From: Babesia bigemina
Lineage: Eukaryota
Reading direction: 5' to 3'
NCBI RefSeq assembly: GCF_000981445.1
Contig: NC_027217.1
Location: forward strand, 682,001-746,000
Length of the DNA: 64,000 nt
In this document: positions 12,102 to 23,662 of the stretch, piece by piece
Numbering within the stretch: position 1 is the stretch's first letter
Layout: the number at the start of each line of letters is the position of its first letter
Position numbers and translations under genes: made by a program
Notes under the pieces: generated by a model
What the model was told of the DNA's origin: nothing
What the model saw: only the letters and a program-made list of their open reading frames with translations
Database searches by the model: none

Positions 12102-14780
12102 ATGAGTTCAAACGTCTTAACTTCAGGTGCCATAGAGGAGGTTGTCCAACTACTGGGATTGGACCCTACAACTTCACCGACGGAATCCGACATTTTAAAG
12201 GGAAATCCTTCAGCAACTGGAACCTTACATAAATGGACAGTCGCCATAACTCTAGGGGCACACTTTCGGCTATCTAGATCATTTGTCAAAAATATTAACA
12301 CAGTAAAACTTGATGACGCGAAATTAAGGGTAATTCTAGAGTCAATTGGAGGAGAAACTAAATGTAACACCCACGACGCCCTCAATATATTAACATACAC
12401 TACACTGGAATGTCTCAAGTATCCGAGATTAACTAAAATTACTTTGGACGCATCTCAAGATGCCGGAGAGATGTTCTTAGCTTTTGTGTTCTTACTAAGT
12501 GCCCTTGAATGGTTCAACATCACAGAGAAGAAATGTCCAGAGTACCTCGAATTTCGAAGATGTTTAGTAAGCGCTGTAGATGACGAAATCGGCATTACAC
12601 AAGTGTCTAAACTATTGGAGTCAGCGGGAACAGACACAAATTTGGCGGACGTAGGGCTATTACTGGATCGTCGTTATGCAGGTCACATTGATGCCAACGC
12701 CGGAGAAGGCGTTTCCGTTAGAGAAATGACTGAAGCCACAAGAAATGAACAATCACGAGGAATGAACATGATAGGTGATGATGTGAGACTTCACTTTTTA
12801 AAGGCATCTGAACCTCGCGGTAGCGGACGTGTTGCGCGCAAAATACATTCTACAAGGGAGGAGAAAAATTCTGACAACCTAACCCCAATTGGTTCTAAAG
12901 GCGTATCCAAGCTGATAGATTCATCCACTAGCAAAAATAGGTTCTCAGCACAAAGTAAGATTTCAACGAAGGTGCCCTCAAGTAATACACTACCTCTTGC
13001 AAAACGCGAAAGCGTTGGCAAAGAGGCGCTTCAAGCCAGCATACAATCTGTTCTAGTCGATGTCGAAAATGCTGTGTCGCGTGTTGAATCCGACTTCGGA
13101 GCAAAGTCACAGCTGTTATGCCGCAGCAAAAACGCCGAGACTTTTGACTCTGAACTCCTCCGCATTATAATTGGTCAAAGCCAACAACAGGTGATTTTCA
13201 ACAACCTTATGGATAACAACAACCTGAACCGTGCTGTCCCTGAAGATAACCCAGGATCCAACAAAGTAATAACCGGGCAGCGCATTCGTGCGGGAATATG
13301 TTCTGAGAAAACACATAGGAGCGTATCCTCAACAGAATATGAGATTAAGTCACTCTTAGACGAAATTAAAGAGCTAAGTAACACCGTCATGCAATCGCAA
13401 TACAGGCTAAAACACTTATCACACTGTGTGGAACATGGTGATATGCAGAGGCTGAAGCAATTCGCTTCGCTGTCCGAGAATCGCAAGACCTATGATAAGC
13501 CGTTGGGCGGTAAAAGCCAAGAAACGGCACATCAAGGAGGTACATATATAAACGACTCTTACAGCATGCCGAGCCCAGCCGAGTGGCTGTTAATAGCCCA
13601 AAAGGATCCCTTTGATCGTCACTTGGCTCTACTCAAAATGATTGCTAAGTCGCTGGATAATGAGTCCAAGAGGTCCTCAATTTATGGAGCTGCTTTGCAG
13701 GTGTTGAAACATAAAAAGCCACAAGCAACGTCAAAGCGCACTACTGGTTCGAGAATTAACAGTTTAGGTAGGTCGTACTTAGTGATCTCAATATTTTGTA
13801 GACAAGGGCGTCGCCCTCATCACGATCCCCAAAAGAGTCAAGGAGATTGTTAACACCCTAAAAAGCTTCATTGTAGAGGGTATACCCGCTGAGAACTTTC
13901 GAGAGGAGAATGCTCAAGGAGCTACGACGGCCAAACAGAAGGCCACAGACTTCTTGAGACATATTAACTCAAGTTTCGCAAATTATCGCAGTGCAACATT
14001 AAACAGTACGTAAAAGTCGTATATAGCTTAGAGTCATTTCGTCATCACAGGCGAGAAGGGGAAAAAGGGAGGGTTTTTAAATTACCTAACGTGCACACTG
14101 AAGTCGAGCGTTCGAGAGGTAAGTCGATGTTTTCCACGCAGCCATAAGGTTTTATTGCTGTTGCCCAAGTTTAATATGATCTCAGGGAAACGCATCCAAT
14201 GACGCATACACGGACACAAAAAGTACGTAAGGGTAGCCAAATAACGTTACAAACCATCTAAGGTATTGTCGAGAAGATGCTGCATCTATTCGAAGACGCG
14301 TGCAAGCACGATCCCATGATAGAGTTTGCTGCGCTATCCGACTGGATTCACCACTATAATGAAAACGATGCTCACGAAAGGACCAATCCGGATACTGTCA
14401 ATGGCGGTAACCAACGTTTCGGGGAGTCCGCGATCAGTCAGCGTGAAGCCGACGACTTTGAATGGCTACAACGGCTGGTTAACCACGAAACAGGTACCGT
14501 ATCTCGTAACGAGAAACATAAGAACGACGACTGCACCAGCTCATCTCGTCCTAAAAGCATTCTAGATTTCGAATATTATTTCAATCTCGCCCGAGAAGCG
14601 TACAACACTAAGGAATCGATTGACGTCATGAACACGGCACCCACATTTGATACATTCGGCGACGTGTTGAATAGGCATAATGCTGCAATGGAGAAAACGA
14701 AAACCACGTCAGTTCTGGAAGCTAAGCATTGCCTCGAGAGTGTTCGCAAACAGATGCCAACCATAACGTTTTTAGAGTGA
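12102..14780 (+). CDS. Hypothetical multi-exon protein
   Basis: ORF of about 580 codons from ATG 12102, then short GT-AG introns at about 13.77-14.26 kb and a terminal ORF 14277-14780. No recognised domain. Confidence 0.65.
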
Positions 14781-14940
14781 AGAGAAAGTTACAATAACAT
14801 TTGAATCTAATCTTTGTTAAAGCTCAAAGTGTCATTGACCCGTTCTCCGTTTGGGCGCAGTTAAAGATTCTGCTAGCCGCACCCCTGTTGTCGAAATTAT
14901 TACACGATAACATCTTGTATAGACATATAGGGCTATCCGT

Positions 14941-15061
14941 GTTGCCGGCCATACTGCGTCGAAAATACCGGATCCCATCCGAACTCCGAAGTCAAGCGGC
15001 GCTAGGCCGGGTTAGTACTGGGGTGGGGGACCGCCCGGGAACCCCTTTCGGTGCCGGCAAC
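14941..15061 (+). rRNA. 5S ribosomal RNA
   Basis: GTTGCCGGCCATAC...GATCCCATCCGAACTCCGAAGTCAAGC...GGTTAGTACTGGGGTGGGGGACCGCCCGGGAA...GCCGGCAAC; the ends pair as helix I; about 121 nt. Confidence 0.95.
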
Positions 15062-15291
15062 CTATTTAACATATTATACTACAAAAGTTATATAAGGTTG
15101 TACTGCTATTATATGTGGAATATGGTGATGCAAAACGTTCATCAAGCACGCTAGCAGCCGCAGCAAGGTGGAGAAGGTGCTCCCATATATGCGAGGGTAC
15201 ACGATGAGGGTGGTAGACTGGGTGCCCCCAAAATTATCGCAAATGTTCAGTGGAAATCATCACGTGGTGACAAATGACACGTCACTGCATT

Positions 15292-16470
15292 AATTATTGC
15301 GCCACCTGAAGGTGCCCATCCGTGTCGTGGAAGTAACCAACGTGCTGGTAGCGAGGGCAGCGTCCTCTAGTGAGTATTGCCGCGACATCTGTAAAAAGAC
15401 AGTTTGTAGCGCATGAAGTGTGAGACGGTGCGCGAAATACCCCTCCAATGTGACGTGGTTTTGTCGAGCGTGGCTAAGGGGTTAGGGTTCCGTATACTGA
15501 GGCGTGACGCCTTTGACGCTAGGACTGCCTCTACCGGCGCTTCATGAAGCATGGCAGTTGTACGATTCATGAAACCTACAGCCGTATGACCCACCTCATA
15601 AACAGCAGCTTCATGTTCTACCGTCTAGGAAGAACGCGATAACGTAAGTCAAGAGGTTACTACGATAAAGATTGAGCCTATAAGTGCTACGTGGTGAGAT
15701 TAGTACGCTTTGCACAGATGTAGGCTGCATTTCTGTGGCTATCAAGTTACAAATCTAGTACCAAGCTGCACTGAGCCGTCACTCACCCGAGCCACAAGGC
15801 AGTAGGTAGCGTGATATTTAAGGTGAAGCCGTACATACAACATTTGGCATGGCAAGATGAATGCATTCGACACAGTAACAACCAAGCAGCAAATTGCGCT
15901 ATGAAAGCAACGATGTATAATATAAGGACTGTGTTCCATAATTCATGAGCTTTATTGTGCATTAAAAGCGCATACATTTTCGTGGGCATCACCAGATTTC
16001 AAGAAGATAAATGCGTGGTGAAAAGTCGTAAGGCTGCCACTCACTGCTCAGCGGATTCCTGCTGTTCTTGCTGCTTTTTCTGTTTCTTCTCCTTTTTCTG
16101 GCGGGCTTTCTTGGAAACCTTCTTAGCAGCTTTCTTGGCGGCCTTTACAGACCTTGCCACTTTTGCAGCCTTCGCAATCTTCACCGGTTGTTCAACGTCA
16201 TCTACTTCAGGTTTCACAGGCTCGACAGATGGTTCAGCCTCGGGGATAACAGGCTCTTCACCTGCGGGTTCGACAGATGGCTCAGCTTCGGGGATCATGG
16301 ACTGCTCACCTTCACCTTCAACGGATGGCTCAGCTTCGGGGATCACGGACTGTTCGCCTTCACCGTCAACGGATGGCTCAGCCTCAGGGATGACAGACTG
16401 TTCGCCTTCACCGTCAACGGATGGTTCAGCCTCAGGGATGACAGACTGTTCGCCTTCACCGTCAACGGAT
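15292..16470. repeat. ~1.2-kb direct repeat, copy 1 (3' flank plus coding tail of a ves-like gene; partner 49362-50522)
   Basis: AATTATTGCGCCACCTGAAGGTGCCCATCC... is collinear with 49362 onward with few substitutions. The right-hand end is approximate. Confidence 0.93.
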
Positions 16471-17294
16471 GGTTCAGCCTCAGGGATGACAGGTTCCACA
16501 GGCTGCTCCTCTCTCACAGCACCTATTTTACCAGATCCATAGAAAGCCCAGAATCCAGAGAGGTCGTAGAACGTAACCAACGTTCGGTGACTTACACTTT
16601 GTAAAGCCGCGAAAACATTACTAGCATTCAATGGAGAGCGCCTATATGACTCCTCGTAACCCATTGCGGTCAATATACCTCCCACCTCAGGCTTCTTTCT
16701 AATGCCAATATATTGCAAAGGGCTTACATTGCTCGCCCTCCGTAAAGAACGTAGGCCTGCATACAACATAGGCGCAATACCCACGAATACGGCTGCACAA
16801 TCTTCCGGCTTTTCGGAACATGATGCCTCCCACGTCGCTTCTTTACCGTAAGCAGATTCATACTGGTCAGGAGTCTTGATCTTTCCCAGGAACTTTTCGC
16901 AACCATTTATAGCTTCTGTCACATACTGTGTGATTTTTTCAGGCTTCATCTTCCTGGTTTGCACGACGTTTTTATAATCACTTTCATCTACGTTGTTGAA
17001 AACCTTACCCAACCCAGTAGGTTTTTTCACAGGGCTGCTGTACCTAGTCAGCAAATCCTTCACATAAGGCAGGCCCCTAAGCTCACTTTGCCCCATGAAA
17101 TCTTTAGCATTAAGTTTAACCTTCTCGAGAGCTGGTATCTCCGTGTGTCCAACAGGCTTGTCTACTAGAAAGTTGTAAATAGCAGCACCCAAAGCAGCAA
17201 TGTTGCTTTCAGCATCGTCTCCCTTCAAGGCCACCAACCAGTCAATGCCCTCTTTGAGGTTGTGAGGAGCCTCAGTCAACGAGTTGAATACCAT
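16041..17294 (-). CDS. Short VESA-like (ves2-type) protein with acidic repeats and Lys/Ala-rich tail
   Basis: SLTEAPHNLKEGIDWL signature and the same core as the 9831 gene. After DLSGFWAFY come 16-aa repeats and KAAKKAAKKVSKKARQKK. Confidence 0.88.
   Translation of the reverse strand: MVFNSLTEAPHNLKEGIDWLVALKGDDAESNIAALGAAIYNFLVDKPVGHTEIPALEKVKLNAKDFMGQSELRGLPYVKDLLTRYSSPVKKPTGLGKVFNNVDESDYKNVVQTRKMKPEKITQYVTEAINGCEKFLGKIKTPDQYESAYGKEATWEASCSEKPEDCAAVFVGIAPMLYAGLRSLRRASNVSPLQYIGIRKKPEVGGILTAMGYEESYRRSPLNASNVFAALQSVSHRTLVTFYDLSGFWAFYGSGKIGAVREEQPVEPVIPEAEPSVDGEGEQSVIPEAEPSVDGEGEQSVIPEAEPSVDGEGEQSVIPEAEPSVEGEGEQSMIPEAEPSVEPAGEEPVIPEAEPSVEPVKPEVDDVEQPVKIAKAAKVARSVKAAKKAAKKVSKKARQKKEKKQKKQQEQQESAEQ
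16206..16500 (-). repeat. 48-nt coding tandem repeat (EQSVIPEAEPSVDGEG-like)
   Basis: About six IPEAEPSV-containing units. Confidence 0.9.
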
Positions 17295-17817
17295 CTTGCA
17301 AATACTTGTTATATTAGTCCAGTTTTAAATGTATGTGTGTTGGTCTATCTAATAACTGGTGTGCGACCAGATCCACTTAAAGGGAGTGTTAGTGCAGCAG
17401 AGTTGTGGTCTCCGAACACCCTCGTGCCCTGTAGATATATGGTACCCGGGTATACAGCAAATCGGTGCAGTGACGGCGCGGCTACCTCACCGCAACCTAG
17501 TTGATACTGTTAACCTAGCATGCAGTGCCAACACGCATGTAACTGCAGTACGTGAGTTCCAGGCAACAGTAACAGTTAACTTTTGCTAAGGCTGTTGTAT
17601 ATGCTTTTATGCGCTGTGATATGAAATTCTACGATGGGTTGGAGATAGAATATTATAGCTTCTACACCTCTCGGTGGCTATCACTTTGTACAGTCTTCTG
17701 GAGACGCACATCATGTGGGCCGTAATCCTACCCCGATACGTCCATTTGCTGCCTACCGAATCTCTTACCTGCCTCTCACTAGCATCACGTATAACTAGCC
17801 GCCTTACGTAGGCTGTG

Positions 17818-18330
17818 CTAATTTACAGCGATATGAATAACCCGCCCTCTCATTGGGGATCTGCTGGTAATGTAATGAAGCAGATGTCTCACGAGTAACG
17901 CGTGATGCAGGCGTGGGAGCAGCAGGTATGCTAACTCATAGACCACATTAGGTGTTGACGTAGAGGTTAGATCATGCAAATTGGAGATGAACATCCCAAG
18001 TAGTAGCAGTTTATGCGAAAACGTTTCGTGCAACTCTATGCCAAAATCGTGAAAGAACGAGACCAGCTCCCCGGTGGTGCGCGGCGTCCGCCTGGTGAGG
18101 CAGTTGAGGTAGGAGGATAACGTCAGCAAAGGGTCACTACCGCCGCAGCAGAAAGTGAGGATGGAGGAAATGACACTGCCCAGTTGCGACGTCTTAGGCA
18201 AATCTCTCTTCTTAAATCCCATCCTGATCCGGCTCTTGCGGCACAGGTTGCACGGGTCGAAGGGGTGAGTCTTGAAGTTGGAGTCACAGCTTCCAATGAG
18301 ATCCCCCGATGAGCATTTTACAAAATGCAA
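17818..18330 (-). pseudogene. ves1-like internal fragment (mirror copy)
   Basis: Same peptide as 7734-8186 up to FGIELH, then diverges at the inverted-repeat boundary (18027). Confidence 0.7.
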
Positions 18331-18843
18331 AACCTAACTGGACATCTATCTATTACGAACTTTCCCCCACCATTCGCTGAGAAAATATCTTGCTGTTTCC
18401 TACATTCCACATTCCGTGATTCAAAGTGTTCAGCAGTGTTAAAATTGCAGTATCTCAGAAAGTTTCGGCACAACTGCCTAGACCACCACGATACATGCCC
18501 CCACCTGTTAGCACAATGACATCAGGCCGACGGCACTTACTAGCTGAATTGGCTACGGAACCCCCTCGATTGAGACATATAACCACATCTCTGAGATTTG
18601 TTATGCGTTTAATCGTGCTGTTCAGATGAAACTTGTTAACCCAGTGCAATGCCTCACGTTCCAACCCGAAAGGTCGGGCCTCTTGTTGAGCCAAGGGGTG
18701 TCGGGCGTATTTCCAAGTTGCCTTACATTTACCTTAATCCTAACATATTGACATGTTTCTGACACGTAATATCCCTTAGTGGATAGCCTCGTACTTCTCC
18801 CTCACCTGGCCCATCACGGTGAAGGCTGTGGGTGGGCCCGGTG
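18027..18843 (-). repeat. 817-bp inverted repeat, right copy
   Basis: Reverse complement of 7221-8037. Confidence 0.95.
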
Positions 18844-19393
18844 GCACCTTGAAAGGCTCACTTGGAAGTCTTCACTTTAATTCACTCTATTCTTGAATAT
18901 TGTACAATGAGGTATGATGTAAAGATATGACGGGCAGATGAAGCCATACTTGGTCTACTTCCCACCGATGGCCTTCTGTGGACAGGAACTGACAATGCAG
19001 TCTGTCAATAACACCATTGTACCTTTTGAACTATAGTTACATGTATCTGGCGCTATCCATATTCGTGTATTAATGGCACTGCAAATCTTATGAATTCTTG
19101 GAATATGTGTAGACGGGCAAATCCCATCTTCCCCATTAAGGCAGTTCAAAATGAAATGCCATGGTATAGTTGTACGTGATTACGATATACGTCATTGGTC
19201 TAACTTACGGGGAATCATGCAAGAATAAACAGTTATAGTAACACAAGAATATGTCGTTCAACTGGCAATTACAAGTGCAACACTCTACCCAAAGCAATGC
19301 CGTCACTGAAGAGACAAACCAGCAGAGCGACAAACACGAGCTACGACAATTAAACTCTGTCATTGACAAAACGATTTACTACATCTGAGCCAC

Positions 19394-19879
19394 TCATAAC
19401 TTGGAGTTGTAGTTCTCGATCTGCATGGTCGACAGGACGATACCCTTGATGGTGACGCATCGGCACTCCAACGGCGGCGTCTGGCGCAGGGTCTCCCCGG
19501 ATCCTATGAGTTCACTGTCGAACCGCAGGATAACAAAGTGATTAGATGCTGACGCAATCAGCGACTTGCTTATATCTTTCACATTCATGATTATACCCCC
19601 CATTAATACTTCTTCGAAGCAGTTGGGTGGATCCAGGACGTACGGTGCTGTGCAGTAGAATGCTGCCTCGCCCGCAGCCTGAATGTCTATTTTGCAACCA
19701 GATTTACGTTGTCCATAAGAGTCGTAGAGTTTGGGAGTCTCGGGCTTGAACAGCTCATCTAATTTGTAGGTAACTCCGCAGCCTTGCATGTACGGGTCAG
19801 TGGTCTTAACCGCGACCTCAACTACGTGCCATGTGTATTTCCTATAAGATACTGCTTTATGAAGATTAGGTGAAGCAGT
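19394..19879 (-). pseudogene. Isolated C-terminal 6-Cys (s48/45) domain, probably a gene fragment
   Basis: GCG...GCKIDI...FYC...DPPNCF...ECRC six-cysteine pattern. The frame is closed upstream by a stop near 19880 and has no signal peptide. Confidence 0.7.
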
Positions 19880-20311
19880 TTAAGGTAAGAGAGATCGACC
19901 ATTCGGCATGGTGCAAATATTTACCCTATCTGATGTGCGAAATAGTTTGCAGGAACCATTGCGAGACCATGAATGACCCCGTAAGCTGACAGCTTGGCTG
20001 TCACCAGCAGCGATTGACAAGAGTATGGTATGGCGTGGCATACGCAACTGACACCACCATCAGCGCAACTCGCTAGCCATAAGAACGCACACCAAGTGGA
20101 TTTAGTCACACAGAACTCTATAAACTGCAATCACAAAGATAATAGAGGTTGCATAACTAATAACATGCATATCACCGTCGATACTAGGAATTGATCGGGA
20201 CAACATTATCGCCTTTTCATAACACCGTGAATGTGACAGTTCGCTCTAGAGAACATTTCGCACTACAAGCAATCAGTTTGTAGAATTGACACCGATACAG
20301 TACACGCTCAA

Positions 20312-21658
20312 TTACGCTGTAGCGTTGGCGGGTTTGTTTAATGCCTCCAAGTTTGAGACGATGTTGTTAGTGGACTCAATCCAGCTTTCTAGTCTCTTTG
20401 CGACGCCTTGCAACCTACAATAGTCATGCCGAAAGTGTTCACAGCAACTACTTACTTTCCCATGTCTAGTATTCTTGGCTGCAACCACTTGATGGAGACT
20501 GTTTGCTGTAGCTGGTCGATATGCCCCTTGATAAGTTGGAGAGCCAGCGCCTTAAGCACGAAAGGCTCCACCTGTTCGATCCGGATGGTACAGTGATCGG
20601 CTATTTCCTGGAATGTGAGGCAGCGCTGTTTGTTCGGCTTTGCCAATGCGAGGTTTAGAAGGGCAATCAGCGTCAATTTTTGCCTCAATTGGGTCTCCCT
20701 GCCCGCAAGTTCCTGTGACCAATAATAATATGCGTTACAATAGCGATTCAGACGTACCGTGTGCACAATTTTACCCCTGTGTCGTTCCAGCGCCTCATCG
20801 AAGAGGTGCAGCTGCCCCTCGTTAAATATGATCAGCATGTCATATAACCACTGATGGTCGCCGCCTTTGAGGTATGCCTCAATGATGGGCTGGTGGATTA
20901 GTTCTCCAAACCCGAAACTGTCGTGGGCCACGATGGCGCATACAGTGATCTCGACGGCGATGGCCACACGGTCGCCTTCGGGTATATCGTTGGTGGAGGT
21001 GTAGGCGAGGTACATGATCCAGTCCTTGTAGCACTGCGAGAAATTCTTCGCCGCCTGAACGAATATGCATTGCTCTAGAAATGCGGCCGCACCTTGTTCA
21101 TTTCAGCAGCGGCTCGGTAGTACGCGCTATGCACCGTGATGTCGACGTTCATAGTTTCCTCGACTTTCTGCCTCACGTCGCTGAGAAGTGCGTCGCATTC
21201 CTTAATCTGACCATTCTTGACCATATGGTGCGCCTGCAACCATATAAATGCCCCTATTGTCTTCACGGTTACCTTTGCGATTTGGTGCATGACGTTGGCT
21301 TCGAAGTCCTTTTCGAGGAAGGCATCGTACTTGCAGAGGTGTTCTAGCGCAACCTTCGGATCTGATCCTCGATTAATACGCCCTCTTAAGACCAACCTAG
21401 GTTTTCGGAGCACGCAGCCAGCAGTTGTGCGAAGCGCAGTGTGTTGAGCGCATCCTTAATGGGATGTACCAACGCCTCAAACACACGTATTTTGTCGTCA
21501 CAAACGAGGCTGTCGGACGCGAGCAGCGATGTCAGCGCCTCCGTGAGTTCGTGGTAGTGCTTGGCGGCGAGGTCGTCTCTGATCTGCTCAACCAGAGGCA
21601 CGAGGTTCGGGTGGTTCGACGCCACCGTAGACAGGGTAGCGTCCGCATCTCCCTTCAT
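20312..21658 (-). CDS. RPN9: 26S proteasome regulatory subunit RPN9/PSMD13 (multi-exon, PCI domain)
   Basis: KHYHELTEAL, FGFGELIHQPII, LTFQEIA...VEPFVLKALALQLIKGHIDQ...WLQPRILD; last exon LQGVAKRLESW...*; short introns. Confidence 0.9.
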
Positions 21659-22867
21659 GGTGGATGATACGCACCGTAAAAATTGTGAACTAATTGCAAC
21701 AGCGGCCTGCGCCTGCGCGGCGTCGGAATCCTGATGGCTGAGTGTGGCACGCGACGCGTGTAGCAATTGCGGCTTACCACGTCAACAAAGCACCTAACAT
21801 TGCAACCTCATTTCTACACAGTGTGTAAATCGACGGCTAATGATTCATATTCGATCAGGAGGCGCATGATGTGTAATGTGTCTAGACTGAATACAGTGCA
21901 AGTTGCGCTGCCGTATAGCGGCAGACTAAGCAGTAGATAAAGCAACGACATACAGTTTGCAGATGTGATTCATTTTGCTGCATCACATATCTCGGCGAAA
22001 GGAATCGGGGCGCCAAAGTGTACAACAATGCTTTGCAAATGCTGACCATTAAAAGGCACACCGTCATGAACTGCTTCAGGAATCACACCCGTTGCGGTCG
22101 ACGCACAATAAGTATTATGGTCTCAGCAAAACGGCCGCGAGCGAATCGAGCGGATTTCGTCAAGGCGATAATGCCGCTCCACGTCATCAACGCATAATAA
22201 CACAGCACTGCCTCTCTCATAAGTACAAACGTTTAGCAATAATTTGTAACCCTGATTCGTCACGCGGTTAACAGCGAATTGGCTGCCGTCTACGCCGAAG
22301 CGTTGCCGCCAAATAACAACGGTTGCACGACCACTTGCAGAGTCAGCCCCCGAAGCCACACGAAACCACTATCCAACATGAGCACATTTAACTTGCGTAA
22401 TTACACATCCCAAGGATCCGGGATATTCGCTTGCTGATCCGAGGTGTAGGTCACACCCGCGCCACGCGTTCACCCCACAGGGTCGCGAAGGTACGTCGCT
22501 GTTTTGCGTCGCCGACCAGTTGCAGATTTTTGCAACCGCCCGCACTAGAAAATCTTCGCGCAGTAGCGCGTCAGGACCTGCTGCGATCACCGTATAGTTG
22601 GTCATTTGTGGTTGATCGGCTATGTCGGTGGGCGCATTACGCTCTGGTGGCTCTTCGACTTGCACGCCGCTGGGGCTACCTGCGCACATGAGTCTTACTT
22701 CGTGTTCGGCGCAGTAGTTGGCCGGCGCCGCGTCGGACTCTACCATCAGAAGGCCGGCCGTTTGGACATCCTCGCTGCTTGCGTTTCCGGTACGTGTGTT
22801 GACGTTATGTGTTCGTAAGCATGATGTAGCCACGAGTGCAACCGTTCGTTCTTCCAGAGCGCGGCCC

Positions 22868-23662
22868 ATGCCGCGTCTCGTCACGATGCCGGCGGCAAGC
22901 CGCGGACGTATGGGGTGTGTCGAGGCCTCCTCGGACTGTGTCGTCCCCTCTGACACGCAGGTGGTGGGCCTCTGCGACGTTGACCTAAAGTGTTTGGTGG
23001 ACGAAGAGGAAAGTACGTGTTCGCCTTTCTCGAACCCGCCCGGCTTGAGGAACAGCGAATCGATATTCTCTGACGATCCGAATTACTTGTGGTTCGTGAA
23101 GCAGCGCGCAGAGATGTTGCGCGGCCCCTCTGTGAGCTCCAGGGGCAATTTGTGTCGTTGCGCGAGCGATGTTGATAGCGACGCTGGCTCCACCTGCGTT
23201 ATGGTAAACATTCAGCACGATACCTGTGTCAACCTGTGCGACAACCCTTCGGACATGTGGCATGGCCTGAAGATGTCCGACGGAACTCCTGTTGTCATTC
23301 GCTCGAAACGTCCGCGTGCTAGGCGCTACGTCGGCAAGAAGTGTCGCGTTTTCGGCGCGGAGGGTGAGGCCACCTCCCGAACGGCAGCCGACGTCTCCCC
23401 TGCGGCCGCAAATAATGGCCTGTTCGCTGGCCTCAACGGTCCCATCAATTACGGCGCTGGTTTTTTGTCTCTACAGAATTACGTCGGTCGCGGCAATGGC
23501 GCGAGTGTGATTTACCGCGTGATGCAAGTTGATGCCCGATTAGCTCACAGCTCGCGACGTAAGGAAATTAGGGTACGCCAACGTAGGCAACATGTGCAGC
23601 AGCACCTGGCAAAGGCGCGTGGTATAATGTTTAAGCGAGGTACGGGGACCTCGGCGCGGTAA
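22868..23662 (+). CDS. Hypothetical protein
   Basis: Open frame 22718-23662, first ATG at 22868. No recognised domain; the start is uncertain. Confidence 0.45.
   Translation: MPRLVTMPAASRGRMGCVEASSDCVVPSDTQVVGLCDVDLKCLVDEEESTCSPFSNPPGLRNSESIFSDDPNYLWFVKQRAEMLRGPSVSSRGNLCRCASDVDSDAGSTCVMVNIQHDTCVNLCDNPSDMWHGLKMSDGTPVVIRSKRPRARRYVGKKCRVFGAEGEATSRTAADVSPAAANNGLFAGLNGPINYGAGFLSLQNYVGRGNGASVIYRVMQVDARLAHSSRRKEIRVRQRRQHVQQHLAKARGIMFKRGTGTSAR

Noticed and set aside
15257..15270. 14-nt match (TCATCACGTGGTGA) to the RACK1 snoRNA C-box region, suggesting another snoRNA
   Set aside because: The only CTGA lies 6 nt after the C box, and there is no terminal D box or recognisable guide. Likely coincidence.
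15474..15490. TAAGGGGTTAGGGTTC as a telomere-like seed
   Set aside because: Only about two imperfect units, too short to support.
16206..16500. Regularly spaced 48-nt repeats (also 50262-50522 and 56784-57042) as a CRISPR-like array
   Set aside because: These are in-frame coding tandem repeats without unique spacers, in a eukaryote with no cas genes.
7221..18843. Inverted repeats as transposon terminal repeats
   Set aside because: No transposase-like ORF or target-site duplication is seen, and the repeats contain ves-derived sequence.
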